Assembly (NCBI GenBank): GCA_964633785.1 | Contig: CAZWHG010000005.1 | Span: 4,440-68,439 of the forward strand | DNA length: 64,000 nt | Source: an uncultured Methanotrichaceae archaeon | GTDB lineage: Archaea > Halobacteriota > Methanosarcinia > Methanotrichales > Methanotrichaceae | Direction of reading: 5' to 3' | In this document: positions 55,643 to 64,000 of the stretch, in pieces | Numbering within the stretch: the first letter of the stretch is position 1 | Layout: every line of letters starts with the position of its first letter | Notes under the pieces: model-generated | What the model was told of the DNA's origin: nothing | Database searches by the model: none | Seen by the model: the letters and a program-made list of their open reading frames with translations, nothing else | Program-made: the position numbers and the translations under genes

Positions 55643-58600
55643 GTGTTATATCGCAACAAAGCGATAACTTCGGTAATACTATTAGCGCTGGTTTACCTGC
55701 TGCTATTACTATCGCTGGGCGTGGCCGGCGGGCAGGCGGGCCTCACAATAAACCAACTTGTAACCTCTGGACAGACTGTGACCCTTCAAGCTCCTTCTGG
55801 AGATTACTACTACCAATGGGCCGCTGAGACCGGCGGAGCTACCATTGGCCAGGGGACGGCGCGGAGTTTTTCATTTAGAGCCCCCCTGGTAACTCAGGAT
55901 GAGGGCTCGAAGGCAGTCACAATCTCGCTGTACATAAGAACCAAAGCGGGAGGTTGTGTCAACCAAACGAGTACAACGATTAATGTCTATTCCCTGCCGG
56001 TTTGCGGCATAAGCGGACCTGCACAGGTCGGTCCCTATGAAACCGCCACATACAGTTATACGGGCGGAACAAGCGGCAAACTGACGTTTGTATGGAATGT
56101 AGACGGCAAGAAGATAGATGGAACCACCGGGCCAAATGTCGCCATAGATTGGATCCAATACAATCCTGTCAATCACACCATCGACATGACCATGACCCGA
56201 GATTACTCTGATGTGGCCCCCGGTTCGACCAGCCCATTCCGCAGCATAAGCTGTACCTTCCGGACAAACGTCACCTACACCACAGGGATGCAGGTAACTA
56301 AGACTCCGTCGGCAGCTTCTGCAGCAGTAGGCCAGGCAGTTACCTATAGCTACACCGTCCGAAACACAGGAACAATAGGCATCAACTCTCTGGCCCTGAA
56401 GGATGACAAACTGGGAGAGATTAAGCTTGATGCCAATACGATCATGCCGGGAATGCAGGCTACGGGAACCAGCACTTATACCATTAAAGAGAGCGATCTG
56501 CCCGGGCCCCTCAACAATACTGCGGTAGCTTCCGGCGTTGAGGATAGAACGAAAAAACCAGTAAGTGCATCGTCCAGTGCCACCGTGGCCCTGACCTATA
56601 ATGCAGCCCTGAATCTGACGAAGGTGCCCTCCTCTACAACTGCAAAGGTGGGAGATACGGTAACCTACAGGTTCACTGTGAAAAACACCGGAAACGTCAC
56701 AATAAAGGGCTTAAGCCTGACGGATGACAAACTGGGTGCCATAAAGACCGACAAGAATGAACTTGCCCCAGGAGCCGTTACATCAGCTTCTGCAACCCAT
56801 GTGATATTGGAGGGCGAACTGCCTGGACCGCTAATCAACTTGGCCACCATCCTGGGTACAGACAGTCAGAACAAGCCAGTTACGGCGACAGCTACTGCAA
56901 CTATTGCTCTAACCTATACCTCCAGTCTCACCGTAACTAAGACACCGTCATCTAAGACGGCCAAAGTGGGAGATACTGTAACTTACAAATTCAGCGTGAG
57001 CAATAGCGGCCAGGTCACCATAAATGCTCTGACCCTGACCGATGACAAGCTCGGTCCCATTACCCTGGACAAGACAACTCTGGCCCCAGGCGATACGGCC
57101 ACAGGATCGGCGACGCACACCGTTACTGAGACAGATCTGCCCGGACCTCTGACCAACACGGCCACAGTCTCTGGAACAGATAGCCAGGGCATAGCGGTTG
57201 CTGGTCAGGCAACGGCTACGGTAGATCTGACTTACACCTCTGCCTTAGAAGTAACCAAGACACCTTCCGCCAAAACGGCCAGAGTAGGCGAGACGGTTAC
57301 CTACCAATTCCTGGTGAAGAACACGGGATCGACTACGATCAATGCACTGGCCCTCGCAGACGATAAGCTTGGTCCCATTACCCTGGACAGAAATTCTCTG
57401 CCTGCAGGCGAGACGGCCACGGGAGTGGCTACATACACAATCCTCCAGACGGACCTGCCCGGACCTCTGATCAATATCGCATCGGCCACAGGTACCGACC
57501 GCCTGGGAGCGACAGTTTCGGCTAAAGCCACTGCCTCAGTAACGCTTACCTACACCGCTGCTCTGCAGGTGACAAAGACTCCATCGGTGAGCACGGCTGC
57601 CTTGGGTGAAACTGTAACCTATCAGTTCTCCGTGATGAACACGGGAGACGTAACCATCGATTCTCTGTCCCTGACCGATGACAAGCTCGGTGACATCTCC
57701 CTCAATAACGTCCTGCTTGCCCCAGGTGCAACTGCCACAGGATCGGCGACGCACACAGTCATCGAGACGGATCTACCCGGACCTCTGACCAATACCGCCA
57801 CAGCCAAAGGTACGGATACCCAGGGCAAGGCAGTCACATCTCAAACCAAGGCCTCGGTAGAGCTTACCTACACGGCCACGATGGAAGTCACCAAGTCTCC
57901 ATCCGCAACTTCGGCCAGAGTAGGAGAGAGCGTAACCTACACCTACACGGTGAGAAATACGGGAACTGTTTCCATTAAAGGACTGAAATTGGATGACAAC
58001 AAGCTCAAAGGCATAAAAGTGGACAAAGATGCGCTGGTACCCGGCGATACGGCCACTGGAACGGCTACTTACACCGTCGTCGAGACCGATCTGCCTGGAC
58101 CTCTGACCAATGTCGTCACAGTAACGGCAACAGACAGTACCGGAAAAGCAATGACTGCCGAAGCTCGGGCCTCAGTGGAATTGACCTATTCGGCAAGCAT
58201 GGAAATCGTAAAGACACCATCCACTGCCACCGCCAAAGTGGGAGATACTGTAACCTACTCCTACACCGTGAGGAACACGGGAACTGTAACCCTTAGCGAT
58301 CTGGCGCTAACCGACGACAAGCTTGGCGCGATCAAGATCAATACGAATAAACTGGCTGCAGGTGATACCGCAACCGGAACATCGTCTCACCTTGTGGTTG
58401 AGGGCGATCTGCCTGGACCTCTGACCAACGTTGTCACAGGCACGGCCACAGACAGCCAGAAACAGCCGATTACTGCCACAGCCACGGCCACGGTAACATT
58501 GACCTACACAGCCACGCTGAGCGTTACCAAGGATCCGTCCGTAAAATCTGCTGCCATCGGTGAAACGGTAACCTACAAGTTTACAGTAAAGAACACGGGA

Positions 58601-59725
58601 GACGTTACGGTTAATGGTCTGACCCTGACAGATAACAAGCTCGGCGCCATCAAGCCGGAAAGGGACACCCTGGCACCGGGCGAATCCACGGCCGCCTCGA
58701 TGGATCACGTCGTCGCTGAATCGGATCTTCCAAGCCCCCTAACGAACGTGGTTACCGCTGCGGCCAACGACATCCTGAGGCAGCCAGTCACATCTACCGC
58801 CACTGCTACGGTACAGCTGACCTACACCGCAACTCTAGAGATGACTAAGGTAGCAACGCCTGCTTCTGCAAAAGTGGGTGAGACGGTAACTTACGCCTAC
58901 TCCGTAAAGAACAGCGGAAAAGTCACAGTCCGCGATTTAGTCCTGACGGACGATAAGCTGGGCAGCGTTACTTTGGATCAAAAGTCTGTAGCACCGGAAG
59001 GAACCGTTACTGGAAAAGCAACTTACACCATTGATGCAAAAGATGTACCAGGACCCATAATCAATAACGCACTCATCGAGGGCAAGGATCCGGTAGGCGG
59101 CAGTATCAGCGTCAAGGCCACGGCAACTGTCACCATAACCAGGGATGCCATCACTCCAGCGGTGACATGCGTTGCAGCCAACAGTGACGGCACATTCACC
59201 GCATTCTTTGGCTACAGCAACCCGAACAGCTATCCTGTAACCATCGAAGTAGGAAAGGATAACCAGTTCACGCCATCCCCAGACAGCCAGGGACAGACCA
59301 CAACCTTTGAACCAGGAAGCCAGACAGCAGTCTTTACAGTCGCATCCAAGGGCGATTCCTTAGTCTGGCATCTGGACGGCAAGATAGCTGAAGCCAACAA
59401 GAACTCCGGCGGATGCTCCCAGGCACCCTGCGCAATGGATGGGCCTTCTGCCCTCTGCAAGAATAAGGAGGAGACCTACAGCTACACTGCAAAAGAGGAG
59501 CCCCAGTTCAAGCAGAGTTATGACTGGTCCATGGATGACAAACCTCTGGGATCCGGCAAGAGCATTACCATCTCGGGAAGCAAATTCGAGATGGGAGATC
59601 ACAAGCTCAAGGTGAAGGTATCCAGAAGCTACAAAGAAAATGCCTGGTCCAGTGCAGAGTGCAGCATGGCTGTAAAGGTCATACCCGAACCATCTGCGGA
59701 CATATCAATGACGGAGGAGAGCTAA
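55643..59725 (+). CDS. Giant surface protein with nine tandem DUF11-type (TIGR01451-like) Ig-fold repeats
   Basis: It has a GTG start with AGGAGGG upstream and the signal 'ITSVILLALVYLLLLLSLGVAGG'. The repeats read 'VTKTPS..TAKVGDTVTY.FTV.NTG.VTI..L.LTDDKLG......L.PGDTATG.ATH.V.E.DLPGPLTN'. Confidence 0.9.
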   Translation: MLYRNKAITSVILLALVYLLLLLSLGVAGGQAGLTINQLVTSGQTVTLQAPSGDYYYQWAAETGGATIGQGTARSFSFRAPLVTQDEGSKAVTISLYIRTKAGGCVNQTSTTINVYSLPVCGISGPAQVGPYETATYSYTGGTSGKLTFVWNVDGKKIDGTTGPNVAIDWIQYNPVNHTIDMTMTRDYSDVAPGSTSPFRSISCTFRTNVTYTTGMQVTKTPSAASAAVGQAVTYSYTVRNTGTIGINSLALKDDKLGEIKLDANTIMPGMQATGTSTYTIKESDLPGPLNNTAVASGVEDRTKKPVSASSSATVALTYNAALNLTKVPSSTTAKVGDTVTYRFTVKNTGNVTIKGLSLTDDKLGAIKTDKNELAPGAVTSASATHVILEGELPGPLINLATILGTDSQNKPVTATATATIALTYTSSLTVTKTPSSKTAKVGDTVTYKFSVSNSGQVTINALTLTDDKLGPITLDKTTLAPGDTATGSATHTVTETDLPGPLTNTATVSGTDSQGIAVAGQATATVDLTYTSALEVTKTPSAKTARVGETVTYQFLVKNTGSTTINALALADDKLGPITLDRNSLPAGETATGVATYTILQTDLPGPLINIASATGTDRLGATVSAKATASVTLTYTAALQVTKTPSVSTAALGETVTYQFSVMNTGDVTIDSLSLTDDKLGDISLNNVLLAPGATATGSATHTVIETDLPGPLTNTATAKGTDTQGKAVTSQTKASVELTYTATMEVTKSPSATSARVGESVTYTYTVRNTGTVSIKGLKLDDNKLKGIKVDKDALVPGDTATGTATYTVVETDLPGPLTNVVTVTATDSTGKAMTAEARASVELTYSASMEIVKTPSTATAKVGDTVTYSYTVRNTGTVTLSDLALTDDKLGAIKINTNKLAAGDTATGTSSHLVVEGDLPGPLTNVVTGTATDSQKQPITATATATVTLTYTATLSVTKDPSVKSAAIGETVTYKFTVKNTGDVTVNGLTLTDNKLGAIKPERDTLAPGESTAASMDHVVAESDLPSPLTNVVTAAANDILRQPVTSTATATVQLTYTATLEMTKVATPASAKVGETVTYAYSVKNSGKVTVRDLVLTDDKLGSVTLDQKSVAPEGTVTGKATYTIDAKDVPGPIINNALIEGKDPVGGSISVKATATVTITRDAITPAVTCVAANSDGTFTAFFGYSNPNSYPVTIEVGKDNQFTPSPDSQGQTTTFEPGSQTAVFTVASKGDSLVWHLDGKIAEANKNSGGCSQAPCAMDGPSALCKNKEETYSYTAKEEPQFKQSYDWSMDDKPLGSGKSITISGSKFEMGDHKLKVKVSRSYKENAWSSAECSMAVKVIPEPSADISMTEES
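56288..59140 (+). repeat. Nine tandem repeats of about 315-321 nt (105-107 aa)
   Basis: The first three unit starts read from the sequence are at 56288, 56609 and 56927. The repeats generate the antisense track ORFs at 56665-58708. Confidence 0.85.
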
Positions 59726-59784
59726 AAACTGGATGATGAAGTGCCTTACTCACCTGGTGCCGCTCTTGGCATCAGGCGCAAAAA

Positions 59785-59806
59785 TTTTCATTGTTTTTAT
59801 TTTTTA
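59785..59806 (+). terminator. Oligo-T tracts after the giant surface protein gene
   Basis: ttttcattgtttttatttttt, containing T4, T5 and T6 runs, lies about 60 nt after the stop. Confidence 0.45.
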
Positions 59807-59926
59807 TAATATATATTTCAAATAATTTTGTGTTTAAAAAATTAACTGCTTATGAGCTTTAAACTGCATAGAAATATATACGAACATATGCTAATCTCAA
59901 GAAAAAAAGGAGAATGACTCATCATC

Positions 59927-60994
59927 TTGTACAGGCGGATTGTGACTATGACTTGGACCAGCGTATTTGGTCTCATCCTTCTTACTCTTATCACGCAGCT
60001 CTCCCACTGCGAGGACTGGCCGGACTGCAAATTCCAGTGCCAGGCCAATGATGTAATTGTATCACGGCTATGGCTGGGCGATGATAGGGGAGATGATCTA
60101 CCGTCCGCGGTAGTGGGTGAAAAACAATCCTGTTATCTCTGGGCTACGCTTCGCAATAACGCTAATGCGCCCCGCTATGCATGCATCCTGCTGGCAGATC
60201 TGTATCTGGGTGGCAAATTAAGCAGATCTTTTTATAACGATGGCCTTTGCGTCCTGGAGAAGATAGAAGCAAAGTCCACTATGGACTATCCCATCTACAA
60301 TATTATATGGACAGGAGGAGAAGGGGTTGTGCTCAAGAAGCTTGTGCTGAGTTGGGAGACGGCCAAAGGTACAACCTGCGACCAGGCAAATCGCAAATGC
60401 AGCAATCGCAATACAAAGTGCTATGATGGACAGGAAGCAGAATTCTTGGCAGAGACACCTATTTCAGCTTTTTTTACAGAAAATCTACAGGCCTGCTCTG
60501 GCGTCGTCAAATTCGTTGACCGGACGACCGGCGGAATTGGACCGTATAGCTACGATTGGGATTTTGGTGACTCATTTCACAGTGCTGAGAAGAACCCGGA
60601 TCATAACTATGATCTTCCTGGAAATTATCCCGTGAGACTGCAGGCGAGAGATCGATCCGGTAAGGTGGCATATTTCAGCCGACAGCTCGTCATTAATGTC
60701 TGTCCATGCACTATTATCGGACAGGATCACGCCTGTCTGGGCAAGACTGAGACCTACAAAGTCAGTGCGACCGGCTCGATTCATGGCTCAATTCGATGGT
60801 ATTTGGACGGAAGAGAGATCGACGAAGGTGAGAGCATAGACATTGAATGGCTGAATTATGGGGTGGGCCAGCATGATCTGATGGTTTATGTGAATGATGA
60901 AAATTCCGTGAATTGCCCGAAGCTGCGGGCTATGTGCAATATGACCATAACCGTTACGCCTGAGCCTGTAGCAGTAATTGGCTGGGTAGCGTGA
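59927..60994 (+). CDS. Secreted Cys-rich protein with a PKD domain and a C-terminal Ig-like module
   Basis: It has the signal 'WTSVFGLILLTLITQLSHC' and the PKD signature 'YSYDWDFGD...HNYDLPGNYPVRLQARD'. The start could be TTG 59927 or ATG 59948. Confidence 0.8.
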   Translation: MYRRIVTMTWTSVFGLILLTLITQLSHCEDWPDCKFQCQANDVIVSRLWLGDDRGDDLPSAVVGEKQSCYLWATLRNNANAPRYACILLADLYLGGKLSRSFYNDGLCVLEKIEAKSTMDYPIYNIIWTGGEGVVLKKLVLSWETAKGTTCDQANRKCSNRNTKCYDGQEAEFLAETPISAFFTENLQACSGVVKFVDRTTGGIGPYSYDWDFGDSFHSAEKNPDHNYDLPGNYPVRLQARDRSGKVAYFSRQLVINVCPCTIIGQDHACLGKTETYKVSATGSIHGSIRWYLDGREIDEGESIDIEWLNYGVGQHDLMVYVNDENSVNCPKLRAMCNMTITVTPEPVAVIGWVA

Positions 60995-61069
60995 GACTGA
61001 TTGGATAAGCGCTCTTATTCGTTTAGGCATTATGAGCGATTTTGCCACCGTTGGGGTATATCCGTAATC

Positions 61070-64000
61070 TTGGCGTATGCTCTGATTCTGGCATTCTTGA
61101 GCACTGCTACTGTCCTGGCCGCCATGGAAAAAGAGGTGCAGTCCGGGACCATCTGCAACTTTGTTGCCCAGAACATATCTCAAGAAGGTGCGACAATCGA
61201 ATGGAATGCATCTGATGGAAGCCCAATGATGTCCACAGGAAGATCCATGCGATGGACGGCTCCGTTAGTCGACTCTCCCAAGAACGTGCTCATATCGGTT
61301 AATATAACCAATTCCTATGGTTGCTGCAAAAATTATAATAATGTATATAGTATTCATGTAGTCCCTAAACCAGCTGCCAAGATCGTTTTGAAAAAAGATT
61401 GCCTATTTACGGCGCCCGTCAGAATAGGAGACCGTGTATTATACACATATAATGTAACAAACCGGGGAACTATGTCACTCATGGACCTGAATCTCACCGA
61501 CCTGCAGAGCTGGGGCCCGGACTGCCTGCCGATTTATAAATCAGGGGATGATGGAAATGATTTGCTTGATCCGGGAGAAACATGGAGATATGAATGCGAT
61601 TATCAAGTTTTGGATCCTTCCGATTATCCAATCCTGCGCATCATGCAAAGTAATAAAGGTTCCACACAATTGTCGGAGACCGTACAAAGACTGATGGAAA
61701 AAAAGGAACGCCTGCAGATTGTAATGGATAACTTGCGTCGATCTGCAAGCCAATTCGACATGCTGGCCGCCACGCTGGTCACAACAAAGCGGATCCTGGG
61801 AGGATTAAACTATACGTATTACAACTACAGCAATGAAGTGACCGGTGAATCCTTTAGCAAGATAGTTGATCTCAAGGGTAATTTGAATAGAACCGTCTAC
61901 CTGGAACCCACATCTGGTGCAGTGCTAACTGTACATTATACGACATTTGGCAAGATACTCGCCGAAGAACTCTACTATCCACCACCAGGAACTCTAGAGT
62001 ACTTCAAAATAGAGCACGATTTGCCATCCCGGGGATATAATACTATTACGATAATTGATTACAAATCAGGAGATACCATTATACTAATTGTGGACGGCCA
62101 AGGAAATATTTTGAGCAAGGAGTATAAAAGAACTCCGGGATATCAGCTTTACGTAGAGAGATTTTTACTCAAGAATAAGGCCACAGTCATGGCTAGAACC
62201 AGAGATGGAAATGACGTATCCGACTGGGATTCGTTCACATTGGAGGTCTTCCGGCCCATGCCCAATATGAGGGTGACGAAGACCGCCGAGCCACAATCGG
62301 CAATTCCAGGCGGTCTATTAAACTATTCCATTCTTTACGAAAACACTGCTGGTTCAGATGCCCATGATGTTGTGATCAAGGAGACTTACGACAAGAACCT
62401 CACTATTCTTACCTCGGATCCTGCACCTGATACGAGGACCGTGAATCAATGGAGTCTGGGAGTCCTCAAGATAGGAGAGTCGGGCAGGATACAAATCCAG
62501 GCCAAGGTCAGCGCCTTTGCGCTGCCCGGATCAGAAATTATCAATCAGGTAGCGATGACTGCCCGGGAAAACTCTTCAGCAATCAGTATCATCAATACCA
62601 CTGTGGGAAGCAATGATTTGAATATTAGCAAGATCGCTTCCGCAAATTTCGTGCCGCCCGGCAAGAACCTGACCTATACCATAATATATCGAAATAATGG
62701 TTCCACAAAGCAGACCAATGTGACGATTCATGATTGGCTGGACCCATACGTTGATCTGGTCAATGGCAGCACTCAAAGAGATCTCACCTGGCGCCTGGAA
62801 GATTTGAACCCAGGCGAGGGAGGCATAATAACCATAAATGTAAAGGTAAAGAATGCAATTCCGGCGAATACATCTAAAATCACCAATAAATATAGAATAA
62901 ATTCCCTTCAGTTTGCCGGAAAGACAAGGAAATTGGTGACTCACGTGATGAACGGCGGGTTGAATATCACCAAGATCGCGTCCTCAGATTTCGTGCCGCC
63001 CGGCAGAGAACTGACCTATACCATAACGTACCGAAATGAGGGCTCTGTAAACCAGACCGATGTGACGATTCAGGATTGGCTGGATCAATACGTTGATTTG
63101 GTTGGTGTAACCGCCAATCCGCCTCTTGATCCGCCTCTTGTCCCTTTGGACATCGGCAAACCCGGAATTTATATCCGCTTGCACCGGGGAAATTTGAACC
63201 CAGGCGAAGGGGGTACAATAACCATAAAGGTGAAGGCAAATAGTACAATCCCAAAGGATGTCTCTCAAATTATCAATACTTATAAAATAAATTCCACTCT
63301 GCTCATAGGAAAAAATGCGACGCTAAAGACGGATGTGGTTCATTCCCTCTGGATTCGAAAGAAGGCAGATAAGAGCATCTACATCAGGGGAGACAACATA
63401 ACTTACACCATTGATTATGGAAATGCCGGAAATACGCCAGTCTATTTCGTGAATGTCACAGACCTTCTTCCTGAGGTGACTCTAATCAGTGTGTATCCAA
63501 TTCCCAGTACCATAATCGGCAATAATCTGACCTGGAGAATTGGAACTTTAGGTAAAAATGAATCGAGAACCATTCAAATCGTCGTCCAGATACCAAAGAA
63601 AGCAAAGGCGAATTATTATGAGACGTCCCTAGTGCAAGGAAATGGCTATACTTATGTTCGGAAAGGATTTTCCACAGAGGAAAAGAAGGAAGCTCTCATA
63701 AACAGAGCAAAAATATCAGGATACTATGGAAAATACCTGTATAAAGCCAGCATCAATTCAACGGCAACTATTCTCGGCTCCCCCGGCACCAGTATTTCCA
63801 GTCTGGAGCATGGAAGCGGTTACTACAAAGAAGAGGCAAAGAGCAGCCTGCATCAAGAAAATAAGAGCATTCGCCTGGAAAAGAATCTGTTTGCCAAATA
63901 TGAGGTGACCGCATTTCTCCTGCCCGGGAATCGAAGCCTCAATTACAATTCATTGTGGTCGGATAGGACTCGCGTTGAAAACAAAATACTGGGAGATTCC
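61070..64000 (+). CDS. Large DUF11-repeat surface protein, 3'-truncated by the window end. It is absent from the ORF track because it has no stop.
   Basis: By my codon-by-codon reading the frame is open from 61001 to 64000. TTG 61070 gives the signal-like 'AYALILAFLSTATVLAA'; the first ATG is at 61124. Its DUF11-type units include 'LNISKIASANFVPPGKNLTYTIIYRNNGSTKQTNVTIHDWLD' and 'LNITKIASSDFVPPGRELTYTITYRNEGSVNQTDVTIQDWLD'. Confidence 0.8.
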   Translation, partial: MAYALILAFLSTATVLAAMEKEVQSGTICNFVAQNISQEGATIEWNASDGSPMMSTGRSMRWTAPLVDSPKNVLISVNITNSYGCCKNYNNVYSIHVVPKPAAKIVLKKDCLFTAPVRIGDRVLYTYNVTNRGTMSLMDLNLTDLQSWGPDCLPIYKSGDDGNDLLDPGETWRYECDYQVLDPSDYPILRIMQSNKGSTQLSETVQRLMEKKERLQIVMDNLRRSASQFDMLAATLVTTKRILGGLNYTYYNYSNEVTGESFSKIVDLKGNLNRTVYLEPTSGAVLTVHYTTFGKILAEELYYPPPGTLEYFKIEHDLPSRGYNTITIIDYKSGDTIILIVDGQGNILSKEYKRTPGYQLYVERFLLKNKATVMARTRDGNDVSDWDSFTLEVFRPMPNMRVTKTAEPQSAIPGGLLNYSILYENTAGSDAHDVVIKETYDKNLTILTSDPAPDTRTVNQWSLGVLKIGESGRIQIQAKVSAFALPGSEIINQVAMTARENSSAISIINTTVGSNDLNISKIASANFVPPGKNLTYTIIYRNNGSTKQTNVTIHDWLDPYVDLVNGSTQRDLTWRLEDLNPGEGGIITINVKVKNAIPANTSKITNKYRINSLQFAGKTRKLVTHVMNGGLNITKIASSDFVPPGRELTYTITYRNEGSVNQTDVTIQDWLDQYVDLVGVTANPPLDPPLVPLDIGKPGIYIRLHRGNLNPGEGGTITIKVKANSTIPKDVSQIINTYKINSTLLIGKNATLKTDVVHSLWIRKKADKSIYIRGDNITYTIDYGNAGNTPVYFVNVTDLLPEVTLISVYPIPSTIIGNNLTWRIGTLGKNESRTIQIVVQIPKKAKANYYETSLVQGNGYTYVRKGFSTEEKKEALINRAKISGYYGKYLYKASINSTATILGSPGTSISSLEHGSGYYKEEAKSSLHQENKSIRLEKNLFAKYEVTAFLLPGNRSLNYNSLWSDRTRVENKILGDS

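Noticed and set aside
56665-58708. Series of minus-strand ORFs of 61-133 aa inside the giant surface protein gene
   Set aside because: They recur with the ~318-nt repeat period, so they are repeat-generated antisense ORFs.
59731-59790. C-box-like 'ATGATGA' after the giant gene stop, raising the question of a C/D box sRNA
   Set aside because: There are no matching D or D' (CTGA) boxes and no C' box at the required spacing.
60992-61072. The 355-aa ORF and the following long ORF are in the same reading frame, which raised the idea of stop-codon readthrough, selenocysteine recoding or a single split gene
   Set aside because: Two in-frame TGA codons (60992-94 and 60998-61000) separate them. The downstream ORF has its own signal-peptide-like N-terminus from TTG 61070. 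Sharing a frame is a 1-in-3 coincidence. No SECIS-like evidence could be assessed.
1-64000. Search by eye of all larger intergenic gaps for tRNA, rRNA, CRISPR repeats, transposase/integrase genes and riboswitch-like leaders
   Set aside because: I recognised no cloverleaf-compatible sequences, no regularly spaced direct repeats with spacers and no transposase motifs. The absence cannot be proven without tRNAscan, Infernal or CRISPR-finder runs.

Overview
Archaeal chromosomal window, most likely from a methanogen or ANME-type euryarchaeon. The archaeal markers are ribosomal proteins S3Ae and S17e, the Fe(II) GTP cyclohydrolase MptA, KptA, and 2-oxoacid:ferredoxin oxidoreductase. Coding density is high and many genes overlap by ATGA or TGATG junctions.

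Housekeeping genes: aroE, tyrA, dapA, dapB, thiD, rps3ae, rps17e, mptA, kptA and an HD phosphohydrolase.

An 11 kb K+ uptake block on the minus strand: kdpA, kdpB, kdpC, a kinase-less kdpD, then trkH-trkA-trkH.

A fatty-acid to 2-oxoacid module: an acyl-CoA synthetase fused to a ferredoxin (delta) domain, an OFOR alpha subunit, an OFOR beta-gamma fusion and an XRE-cupin regulator.

The window also encodes many secreted or envelope proteins.

Most unusual locus (nt 1-6524): a divergent tubulin/FtsZ-superfamily GTPase, carrying GIGGAGGN and GGGTGTG motifs. It is translationally coupled to a 5-TM membrane protein, a type-I anchored surface protein and a large repeat-rich secreted protein.

Other notable items:
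- a secreted protein with about 40 Cys arranged as a (C-x-x-T)n array
- a tandem pair of roughly 850-870 aa polytopic membrane paralogs, each with two GGGL..H-type soluble domains
- a catalytically degenerate UppS-like protein next to a DUF92 membrane protein
- a 126-nt imperfect inverted-repeat element
- decayed toxin-antitoxin remnants
- a cluster of three surface proteins built from DUF11-type repeats

I recognised no rRNA, tRNA, CRISPR array or transposase. All family calls rest on motif recognition by eye. No database search was possible.
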